Both the position numbers and the translations under genes were made by a program. Of a stretch of 11,217 nt of DNA, positions 1 to 7,218 are shown piece after piece; positions within the stretch are counted from its first letter, which is position 1; the number at the start of each line of letters is the position of its first letter. Source of the stretch: Verrucomicrobiales bacterium (GTDB lineage: Bacteria; Verrucomicrobiota; Verrucomicrobiia; Verrucomicrobiales; V1-33). The stretch is from positions 1 through 11,217 of the forward strand of contig JANOAV010000097.1 of NCBI GenBank assembly GCA_031411295.1. Direction: 5' to 3'. The notes under the pieces are model-generated. The model was not told where the DNA came from. It saw nothing but the letters and a program-made list of their open reading frames with translations, and did not search any database.

Positions 1-80
1 ACGCTTAGTGCCGCTATCCTCGGTTGCTGGCTGAACGCAGAAGAATGACCAAGGGAATCGGGAGAATTGATTTGGAACAT
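1..80 (-). CDS. Possible 5' end of a divergent gene running off the left edge (MFQINSPDSLGHSSAFSQQPRIAALS...)
   Basis: Minus-strand ATG at 80-78, with the frame open to the window edge (26 codons). It is preceded by a pyrimidine/A-rich leader like other starts here, then an AT-rich intergenic stretch. No family motif recognised. Confidence 0.3.
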   Translation of the reverse strand, partial: MFQINSPDSLGHSSAFSQQPRIAALS

Positions 81-127
81 AAGCCAGTTAGGTGAAGTGA
101 ATTTTTGAATTACTACGTCGTAGGAAT

Positions 128-160
128 ACAAAATTTGCAGATTTTGTTCAATCAAAATCT
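128..160. promoter_or_regulatory. Candidate operator: three CAAAAT(C/T)T half-sites in alternating orientation
   Basis: CAAAATTT 129-136 (forward), AGATTTTG 139-146 (reverse), CAAAATCT 153-160 (forward). These form a near-perfect 20-bp palindrome at 128-147 and a perfect 8-6-8 inverted repeat at 139-160. Confidence 0.35.
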
Positions 161-194
161 ATAAAGGCTAGCCTATCCAAGCCAATTTTACGTG

Positions 195-207
195 TAAGTG
201 ATTGATA
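195..207 (-). promoter_or_regulatory. IHF-consensus-like site
   Basis: The minus strand reads TATCAA-TCAC-TTA, an exact match to the E. coli IHF consensus WATCAA-N4-TTR, within an AT-rich divergent intergenic region. Confidence 0.35.
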
Positions 208-316
208 ACCAATAGGCAGACACCATGGAATAATTTCTGGATTCCTGCCAGGCTTGGCTTACTGACGGAAGGTTACTGACTCTTTTAGTATCCCGCTAGG
301 GGAAATGATTTCCTCC

Positions 317-351
317 CCGTGCTGGCGTGAGCCATTTTCACGCACGCACGG
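317..351. other. GC-rich inverted repeat / stem-loop upstream of the aldolase-SDR gene
   Basis: CCGTGC (317-322) pairs with GCACGG (346-351), and GCGTGA (325-330) pairs with TCACGC (338-343). There is a 2x2 internal loop and a 7-nt terminal loop. Confidence 0.45.
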
Positions 352-447
352 AAGTCATCTCGCAAGATCCTCCCGCAGACAATGCTTGATTTCCTCTAGT
401 CCCTACCGCATTGGTCGGCTTTCCATTCACTATTACGCCCCCCAACA

Positions 448-2421
448 ATGCAAAGCCTCTGGTCCGATTCTGACGCCGCCGAATTCTCGCAAAATGCCCT
501 CAACCTGCGGGTTTATACCTCCCGCTTGCTCGGGAAAGATCCTCAACTGGTGCTCCATGGGGGCGGCAATACCAGCGTGAAAGTGCGCCACACCACTTTT
601 TTGGGAGACGAGATCGACCTCCTCTACGTCAAAGGCAGCGGTGGAGACTTGGCGACCATTGAGGCTGGTGGATTTTCTCCCGTGCGTCTGACTGCGGCTC
701 TTAAACTCGGGACCTTTGAGCAACTGAGCGATGCCGATATGGTGCGTGAACTCCGGGCCGCCATGCTGAATCCCGATGCTCCGACGCCCAGCATCGAAGC
801 GATTGTCCATGCCATCATCGCCCCCAAGTTTGTCGATCATACCCACGCCAATGCCGTTGTGGCTGTAACCAATTTGCCCAATGGCGAGGCCGCCGTGAAG
901 GAGATTTACGGTTCCCGCGTCATTATCATCCCTTACGTCATGCCAGGGTTCATCCTCGCGAAAACGATTGCCCAACTGTCGGCCGGGGCGGATTGGTCCA
1001 AGCTGGAAGGGTTGATTTTGCTGAATCACGGGATCTTTACCTTCGGTTCCAATGCCAAAGATAGCTACGAGCGCATGATCAAGCTCGTGGGTGAAGCCGA
1101 GGCCTACCTGGCCAGCAAAGGCGGCGGCCCCGAAGCCTGGGCCAAGGCCGAGCCTAGCATTACATCCGACGACCTCAAACAACTGGCCGCCATCCGCAAG
1201 GCCGTCGGCAAAGTCCGCGGCAAGGCCGTCCTGGCACAGTATGACGACTCCGAAGAGGCCGCTGGGTTTGGCTCCCGTCCCGATGCCAAGGCACTAAGCA
1301 GCCGCGGGCCACTTACGCCGGACCACACCATCCGCACCAAGCGCCTGCCGGCCTGGCTTGAGGATGTTGCCAGTGTGGAGCAATACGCCGCCGCCTATCA
1401 CAACTATTTCGAAGACAACCAAAAAGGTGAAACCGAACTGGACGCAGCCCCGCGCTGGGCCGTGTGGCCTGGAAAAGGGGTCGTTAGCTTCGGGGCCAAT
1501 CGCGTCGAGGCTGGGATCATTTCGGACATTGCCGCTCACACTTACCGCACCATCCAACAAAGCGAAGCGCTCGGCGGTTGGACTGCTCTGGGCGAGAAGG
1601 ATCTCTTCGAAATTGAATACTGGGAATTGGAACAAGCCAAACTTCGCAAAGCGGGCACTCCCCCACCCTTGCAAGGCAAAGTGGCCATCGTCAGCGGAGC
1701 TGCCGCCGGCATCGGTCGCGCCATCGCCCAAGCCTTGCACGCTCAGGGTGCCGTGGTTTTTGGACTCGACCTCAACCCTGCCATCACTGAACGATTGAAT
1801 GCTCCCGGCTTGGAAGGCATCGTCGTCAATCTGACCAACTATGATGCCGTGAAAGCCACCGTGGAGAGCATCATCCAGCGCTGTGGCGGATTGGATATCC
1901 TAGTCAGCAATGCCGGCATTTTCACCGCCGGAGCCAACTTTGAAGACATGGATCCCGCCAATTGGGCGAAGAGCATGGAAGTAAACCTAACCAGTCACAT
2001 GCGGCTGCTCTCGTTCTGTGTGCCCTACTTGAAACAAGGATTCGACCCCACCGCCATCTTTGTCGGCAGCCGCAATGTAGCCGCTCCGGGTGCGGGCGCT
2101 GGCTCCTACTCCTGCGCCAAAGCGGCCGTCACTCAACTCGTCCGCGTGGCCGCCTTGGAATTGGCTCCCAACGGAGTGCGCGTCAATATCATTCATCCAG
2201 ACGCCGTCTTCGATACCGAACTCTGGACGCCCGAAGCCCTCCAGCGGTCGGCCGAACGTTACGGAATCACCGTGGATGAATACAAGACGCGCAACCTGAT
2301 GAAGACGGAGATCAAATCCGCCGATGTCGCCAACATGGTCTGCACCATGGCCGGCACCGCCTTTGCCAAGACCACCGGAGCCCAAATCCCCGTGGACGGC
2401 GGCAACGACCGCGTCATCTGA
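448..2421 (+). CDS. Bifunctional class II aldolase / short-chain dehydrogenase (RhaEW/YuxG-like rhamnulose- or fuculose-1-phosphate aldolase plus lactaldehyde dehydrogenase family)
   Basis: 657 aa ORF. N-terminal class II aldolase motifs: LVLHGGGNTSVK, VKGSG, PSIE, VDHTH, NHG (metal-ligand His). Linker signatures TPDH and EYWELEQAKL. C-terminal SDR motifs: SGAAAGIG Rossmann motif, acidic GLDL, SNAG, catalytic S and YSCAK, terminal QIPVDGG. Confidence 0.93.
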   Translation: MQSLWSDSDAAEFSQNALNLRVYTSRLLGKDPQLVLHGGGNTSVKVRHTTFLGDEIDLLYVKGSGGDLATIEAGGFSPVRLTAALKLGTFEQLSDADMVRELRAAMLNPDAPTPSIEAIVHAIIAPKFVDHTHANAVVAVTNLPNGEAAVKEIYGSRVIIIPYVMPGFILAKTIAQLSAGADWSKLEGLILLNHGIFTFGSNAKDSYERMIKLVGEAEAYLASKGGGPEAWAKAEPSITSDDLKQLAAIRKAVGKVRGKAVLAQYDDSEEAAGFGSRPDAKALSSRGPLTPDHTIRTKRLPAWLEDVASVEQYAAAYHNYFEDNQKGETELDAAPRWAVWPGKGVVSFGANRVEAGIISDIAAHTYRTIQQSEALGGWTALGEKDLFEIEYWELEQAKLRKAGTPPPLQGKVAIVSGAAAGIGRAIAQALHAQGAVVFGLDLNPAITERLNAPGLEGIVVNLTNYDAVKATVESIIQRCGGLDILVSNAGIFTAGANFEDMDPANWAKSMEVNLTSHMRLLSFCVPYLKQGFDPTAIFVGSRNVAAPGAGAGSYSCAKAAVTQLVRVAALELAPNGVRVNIIHPDAVFDTELWTPEALQRSAERYGITVDEYKTRNLMKTEIKSADVANMVCTMAGTAFAKTTGAQIPVDGGNDRVI

Positions 2422-2457
2422 CCTAGCATTAGGATTAGAGCCCCAGCACCCCCGGCA

Positions 2458-3522
2458 CTATGGAGCCGGAGCAGGCGCAATCGGAGCAGGTGGCTGAGCA
2501 ACGGGAGCGGGAGCAGGTGTCGGAGCAACTACCGGAGCAGATGGCTTAGCAGCCACCGCAGGAACCGGAGGTAATTGTTTCATCAAACGATACAAATCAC
2601 TGTCCGTGGATAGCACCAAGGTGGTATCCCCCGCAATTACCTGCTCATAGGTGTCGAGGGTTTTCTGAAAGTTGTAGAACTCAGCCGCATCAGGAGAACT
2701 GTTGAAAGCCCCCGCATAAATGTTGGCTGCCTCCGCATCAGCTTTACCCCGGATGGTCTGCACCTTTTGATAAGCCTCGGATTGGATTCGCTTCAGTTCC
2801 CGCTCCCGCTCCCCACCGATCCTCGCAGCTTCGCCTGCGCCCTCAGAGCGGAAACGTTCCGCAATTTGCGCACGCTCGCTGGACATCCGTTCGTAAATTT
2901 TGCGCTGGGTCTCATCACTGTAATTAAGCCGTTTAAAGCGGGCGTCCAACAGTTCGATCCCCAAAGAGGCCAGCGACGCCCGGGCTTCGGCCATGATTTG
3001 CTCCTCCACCACCGTGCGGCCTTGGCTGATCGCCAAAATGGCCGAGATGGGAGCATCGTTGGCATTCTCGGGAGTTTCTGGTTGCAAGGTCTTGCGGGTT
3101 TTATCGGATCGTATCAACTCGATTAAATCATAGCGCGCCACACAGTTGAGCGTTGCCCCACCGATGATATCATCAAGTCTGGACTGAGCGGAGCGCTCAT
3201 CGCGCAGGGCCAGAAAATACTTCAAAGGATCAGCCACTCTCCAGCGCGCAAAGTTATCGACCATCAGGAAGACCTTATCCCGCGTCGTCATCGCCAACGG
3301 GCGACCGTCCCACTCCAAGGCTCGCTTTTCGATTCGATTGACGTCTTGTATAAATGGGATTTTGAAATGCAGCCCCGGATCAGTCACCGGCTCGCCAATG
3401 CGCCGACCGAACTGCGTGATGATCACTGTTTCAGTGACGTGAACTTGGTAAATGCTGGCCACCCCAAGCAATGCGAGGATGCCAACCAAAACGAGTCCGA
3501 GGATAGAGGAGATTTTTGTCAT
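2458..3522 (-). CDS. hflC: FtsH protease modulator HflC (SPFH family), with a Pro/Ala-rich C-terminal extension
   Basis: 354 aa with an N-terminal TM helix. Motifs ITQFG..PGLHFKIPFIQ, TRDKVFLMVDNFARWRV.DP, GIELLDARFKR, IYERMSSER..IAERFRSEG, IRGKADAEAANIYA, FYNFQKTL, LVLSTDSD. Lies 18 nt downstream of hflK. Confidence 0.95.
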   Translation of the reverse strand: MTKISSILGLVLVGILALLGVASIYQVHVTETVIITQFGRRIGEPVTDPGLHFKIPFIQDVNRIEKRALEWDGRPLAMTTRDKVFLMVDNFARWRVADPLKYFLALRDERSAQSRLDDIIGGATLNCVARYDLIELIRSDKTRKTLQPETPENANDAPISAILAISQGRTVVEEQIMAEARASLASLGIELLDARFKRLNYSDETQRKIYERMSSERAQIAERFRSEGAGEAARIGGERERELKRIQSEAYQKVQTIRGKADAEAANIYAGAFNSSPDAAEFYNFQKTLDTYEQVIAGDTTLVLSTDSDLYRLMKQLPPVPAVAAKPSAPVVAPTPAPAPVAQPPAPIAPAPAP

Positions 3523-3540
3523 AGTGCGAAAAGTAAAATG

Positions 3541-4548
3541 TTAACGACGATTGGCCGCTGGGGCAGGGATGATCGGACCGTTTTCGCCAAGCGGGAGAAA
3601 CGGCACCACCCCGGAGATCTTGTCATCAATGATGACCTTCTTGCCCAACTTCGGCAGAATCTTCGCCATCGTCTCCAAGTAAAGCCGACGACGCGTGATG
3701 TCAGGATTTTGCTGATAGGCTTTGAACACCGCACTGAAACGGTCAGCATCTCCTTTCGATTCGTTCACCCGCTTCAGGGCCTCCCCTTCCGCCTCGGCAA
3801 TCAATTGAGAAGCCTGGCCTGCGGCCTTCGGCACAACTTTATTATATTCTCCGCGGGCTAAATTGATCAACTGCTCCCGCTCCTGCTGCGCTTGGTTCAC
3901 CGAATCGAACGCTGGCCGCACCGACGGCGGTGGGTTGATTCCTTTGAGTTGCAGTAGATCCACCGTGACCCCCAGTTGATAGCGATCACACATCTCCTGA
4001 AGTTGCGTCTTGGCCTGGCTTTCCATTTCCAACCGCCCGACGGTGATGGCCTCATCCACCGTCCGGTCCCCCACCACAGACCGCATTACACTCTCGGAGC
4101 AATCCCTCATGGTTTCGTCTGGATTTTTCACATCATACAAATAGGCGACTAGGTTCGTGATTCGATACTGCACGACCCATTCCACATGCACTGCATTCAG
4201 ATCTCCGGTCACCATGTTTGAAATAACCTTATCGTCTCCCGGTTCACCATACTGGGCCGGGTGCGTCGCCCCTGGTGTGGCAAAGCCAAACTCCAGCTTC
4301 AACTGCCGACGCACGGATTGAATGTCCACGGCATCAATTCCCATGGGAAATTTGAAATGCAGTCCCGGTAGAATGCGCTCCTCCGCGATTTTGCCGAACC
4401 GTAATTTAACGGCTTCTGATTCCGCAGGCACACTATACCACGTGGATTGGAGGAAAAACAGGACCACGATTCCCAAAATGATTTTTACAATTAAGCCCAC
4501 CGGGACTTGGGGATTTTCGTTACGCTGGATGATGGTAGAGTTCGGCAT
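3541..4548 (-). CDS. hflK: FtsH protease modulator HflK (SPFH family)
   Basis: TM helix then RFGK...PGLHFKFPMGID, EFGF, MVTGDLN.VHVEW.VQYRI, PPSVRPAFDSVNQAQQE, YNKVVPKA.GQA, AEG...KGDADRF, PDITRRRLYLETM. I place the start at ATG 4548 (MPNSTII, 335 aa) because the 25 extra residues from the ORF-track start at 4623 do not resemble HflK. Confidence 0.94.
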   Translation of the reverse strand: MPNSTIIQRNENPQVPVGLIVKIILGIVVLFFLQSTWYSVPAESEAVKLRFGKIAEERILPGLHFKFPMGIDAVDIQSVRRQLKLEFGFATPGATHPAQYGEPGDDKVISNMVTGDLNAVHVEWVVQYRITNLVAYLYDVKNPDETMRDCSESVMRSVVGDRTVDEAITVGRLEMESQAKTQLQEMCDRYQLGVTVDLLQLKGINPPPSVRPAFDSVNQAQQEREQLINLARGEYNKVVPKAAGQASQLIAEAEGEALKRVNESKGDADRFSAVFKAYQQNPDITRRRLYLETMAKILPKLGKKVIIDDKISGVVPFLPLGENGPIIPAPAANRR

Positions 4549-4699
4549 GGCGGACCGATAGAGCCGTTCCCGAGGACAAGCCAATGATAATTCTCCCCCA
4601 TGTTTGGAATCCCCCACCCACATCTAGGCCACTGCCCAGCCGGCCATCCCCCCCATCGGAAGATACCTGAGGCCTTGATAAGAGAATTGTTTTGGGTGA

Positions 4700-4727
4700 T
4701 TGCGTGATTTTTGATTCGCTTTATGTT
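4700..4727 (+). promoter_or_regulatory. Candidate sigma70-type promoter for the 4790-8093 unit
   Basis: TTGCGT (4700-4705), 16-nt spacer, TATGTT (4722-4727) in an AT-rich patch about 60 nt upstream of ATG 4790. Confidence 0.4.
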
Positions 4728-4789
4728 GGGCGATCATTAATCTCTCCGCCAGTCTCGGCTCCCCCCCCCACTTTCCTTTACAAACAACT

Positions 4790-5197
4790 ATGGCACGTCG
4801 TAAAAAATCATCCGTGAACCCTTTCGTTCTCATCGGCAGCTTAGCTGCGGTGGGCGCGGCCGTCGGCGGATACATGATGCTCAGTGGCAAGCACACCGAC
4901 ACCTTTGGCTCCATTTCCAAACTGGACCCAACGGAGTATCTCACCAACTCCACCAGCCTCCAAGGCAATACCTACCAGCTCACGGCCACCATCACGGAGC
5001 GGATCAAGAACACCTCAGAAGGACGACTCTATTCCATGACCGCCAAGTCTGAAAAAGGCGGACCACCCGAGGATCTATCGGTGCTCTTTCCTGCCACCTA
5101 CAGCTCAGAGACGATCCAGACCGGGCAGGAAATGACCCTCAAAATCGAGGTTGACCTCCACGGACTCATTCGCGTTACCGATATCAAACGTTCCTAA
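4790..5197 (+). CDS. Hypothetical single-pass membrane protein with a probable extracytoplasmic OB-fold-like beta domain
   Basis: 135 aa. Basic N-terminus MARRKK, then a hydrophobic helix (FVLIGSLAAVGAAVGGYMML). A short helix follows, then about five alternating-pattern beta strands (GNTYQLTATI, LYSMTA, LSVLFP, GQEMTLKIEV, LIRVTDIK). Codon usage resembles neighbouring genes. The fold call is pattern-based. Confidence 0.85.
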   Translation: MARRKKSSVNPFVLIGSLAAVGAAVGGYMMLSGKHTDTFGSISKLDPTEYLTNSTSLQGNTYQLTATITERIKNTSEGRLYSMTAKSEKGGPPEDLSVLFPATYSSETIQTGQEMTLKIEVDLHGLIRVTDIKRS

Positions 5198-5229
5198 ATT
5201 TTGCCATCACCCCAATGCCCCACGCCGCC

Positions 5230-7218
5230 ATGAAAATCTTCTCCTTCTGCTTCGCCAGCCTCATCCTCATCCCCACCCTGCCTGCTCAGGTCCCAGATGC
5301 TCCCGCCGGTGGTGGCAATACCACCATCGTCAACAATCAGCAGAAGGATGAGCCCAAACCATTCGTGGGGAATGACATGCCGTTCCTCGACCCCGGTAGC
5401 GAGACTGCCTCCTGGAACGGTAAAGCCTGGAACGTCACCAATAACCGCCTCATTCGCGGACGATTCGAAAAATACCTCGCAGCCCCCGAGGACGATTCCG
5501 AACAAGACCAGGCTTACCGCAAGGTCGTCAACGAAATCATCCAAGCGCTTACGCCCAAGCAGGGCGCCTTGCCTAATTTAAACAAAGCCGTCGGATTGCT
5601 TCCCTTAGCCGCTGAATTCCCCATTGATGCCAGACTCTGCGATGCCATTGCCAGCGCCATTTACACCGTCTGGATGGTCCAGAAAAACGAAGCCGCCATG
5701 GTGGCTGCCAACAAAGCAATGGAAAAGGAGATTGGCGACTTAGCCGTGCGGGTCGAAGTGGGGGCCGAAGGGAATAAAATGGACAGTGACAATTCCTCTG
5801 GCGGTGGTGGCGGGAAAGGCGGGGCTGGCGGCACTCCTGGCCAGACCAAGAAACAGAATCCTCCCACCAAGGGTGGCGGCGGCAGCCCGGCCCAGGACCT
5901 CTCCCAGTTCACCAGACTCGGCATTGATACGCAGAAAATCCTCGAGCGCCAGGCCATGCGCACTGCTAATACTCTCAAGTTTGGCATCAACGAACTCAAA
6001 TCCAAACTCGAGTTTCAAGCCTTGATCGTGCAGTTGTTTCTCCAACGCCGCTTTCAGCACGTCCTCATCTCCTGCCGCATTTACAATAACATGTTCAGCG
6101 GCCAGGATCGGGAACTGAAAATCAAAGAAGGATCCGATGTCGAAAAAATGTTCGCCAAGGGCCTTGGTGTCAATCCGACCATCTCCACCTTGGAAACCTT
6201 CGCCAGCGAAGCCATCCGCGATGTCGATGAAGGCGTCAAATCCTTCGAATATTCGCTCGACAAGCAGGAACTGCAAACGGCCTCAAACCGACTCCTCGAG
6301 GCTTTCGGCATCGGGGAATACCTCCCCCGGGTTCGCACCTTGGAACGCAAGAAAAAAGAGCGCATCCTGGAATTCACCCGTGATTTCAACATGCTCATTT
6401 CCTCCTGCGAAATGAAAGATTTCGGCCGGGCGGATGAGATCCTCTCCAAGGTAAAATCTCGTTCCACCGACTTCGACGACTCAAAATTCCGCGCTGCCAT
6501 CGAGTCCTCCAAAGCGGGTGCCAACATGCACATCGAGTCTGCCAAGATGGCCGCCATGAACAAGGACACCAAGAAAGTGGAGGACGAAATCAAAGCCGCC
6601 ACGTTGCTCTGGCCGACCAATCCTGGACTGACCGCCTTTACCAAAGACCTCAGCGAGACTGGCAACATCCAGACCCGCATCATCATGGATTTCGATAGCT
6701 TATTGGCCCAGCAAAACTATCGTCAAATCGCCAAGGACATGGTGAAATACTCTGGTGCCATGATCAACATGCCGGAAAAGGCCGAAAAGTTGAAAGAAGT
6801 GCTCGAAAAGGTCAAGAAATCTGAAACTGCCGTCATCAAAGCAGATGAACTGGCCAAGAGCGACAACGCTTGGGGCGCTTGGGAAAGCGTGCAAGAGGCG
6901 CTGATCGAAATGCCGGATGACAGCGAACTCAACAAGCGCGGATCCCAATTATCGTCCCAAGTGTCGGACTTCGCCCAAGCCTTGGCTCGCGCCAAAGCTC
7001 TCGAAGCCAAAAAACAATACGGAGCCAGCCTGGCCTGGTTTCTCAAAGCCAAACGCATCTATCCGGTAAGCCGCCTGGCCAAAGAAGGCATCGCCCGCAA
7101 TGCCGATGCCATTTTACCGGACCCAGGCGCGTCTAATCTCAATCTGCCTCCTCCAACCAAATCCACCGCTCCAGAGATCTCTGAACTACTCCCACCACCG
7201 ACGAAAGTGGCCCAGTGA
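5230..7218 (+). CDS. Large hypothetical exported alpha-helical protein (coiled-coil/TPR-like)
   Basis: Long ORF (667 aa from 5215, 662 aa from ATG 5230). MKIFSFCFASLILIPTLPA|Q looks like a Sec signal peptide, which favours the 5230 start. Lys/Glu/Ala-rich amphipathic helices, a TPR-like end (ARAKALEAKKQYGASLAWFLKAKRIYPVSRLAKEGI), a Gly-rich linker and a Pro-rich tail. Confidence 0.9.
   Translation: MKIFSFCFASLILIPTLPAQVPDAPAGGGNTTIVNNQQKDEPKPFVGNDMPFLDPGSETASWNGKAWNVTNNRLIRGRFEKYLAAPEDDSEQDQAYRKVVNEIIQALTPKQGALPNLNKAVGLLPLAAEFPIDARLCDAIASAIYTVWMVQKNEAAMVAANKAMEKEIGDLAVRVEVGAEGNKMDSDNSSGGGGGKGGAGGTPGQTKKQNPPTKGGGGSPAQDLSQFTRLGIDTQKILERQAMRTANTLKFGINELKSKLEFQALIVQLFLQRRFQHVLISCRIYNNMFSGQDRELKIKEGSDVEKMFAKGLGVNPTISTLETFASEAIRDVDEGVKSFEYSLDKQELQTASNRLLEAFGIGEYLPRVRTLERKKKERILEFTRDFNMLISSCEMKDFGRADEILSKVKSRSTDFDDSKFRAAIESSKAGANMHIESAKMAAMNKDTKKVEDEIKAATLLWPTNPGLTAFTKDLSETGNIQTRIIMDFDSLLAQQNYRQIAKDMVKYSGAMINMPEKAEKLKEVLEKVKKSETAVIKADELAKSDNAWGAWESVQEALIEMPDDSELNKRGSQLSSQVSDFAQALARAKALEAKKQYGASLAWFLKAKRIYPVSRLAKEGIARNADAILPDPGASNLNLPPPTKSTAPEISELLPPPTKVAQ

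Noticed and set aside
165..345. Sigma54 (-24/-12) promoter suggested by the IHF-like site and several TGGC words
   Set aside because: None of the TGGC words I checked has GC at the required GG-N10-GC spacing.
305..580. 91-aa ORF as a possible leader peptide
   Set aside because: TTG/ATG context is unremarkable, the composition is Ser/Arg/Pro/Cys-rich like non-coding translation, and it overlaps the real gene out of frame.
433..2385. Antisense and alternate-frame ORFs over the aldolase-SDR gene (433-1182, 1294-1740, 1358-1798, 1987-2385 and others)
   Set aside because: Shadow ORFs overlapping a well-supported gene, with no recognisable domain.
2422..2457. Terminator between the convergent aldolase and hflC genes
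   Set aside because: Only 4-5 bp stems (CCTA/TAGG, CCGGC/GCCGG) with no U-tract.
2461..2571. GGAGC-rich imperfect DNA repeats as a CRISPR or tandem-repeat element
   Set aside because: They are the reverse complement of Ala-Pro codons in the HflC tail; there is no constant repeat/spacer period.
4549..4623. N-terminal extension of HflK in the ORF track
   Set aside because: The 25 residues do not resemble HflK and run through the G-run regulatory region; ATG 4548 gives a normal short cytoplasmic N-terminus.
4790..5197. Calling the small membrane protein CcmE
   Set aside because: Topology is similar, but there is no C-terminal HxxxY or CxxxY haem-binding motif and no ccm genes nearby.
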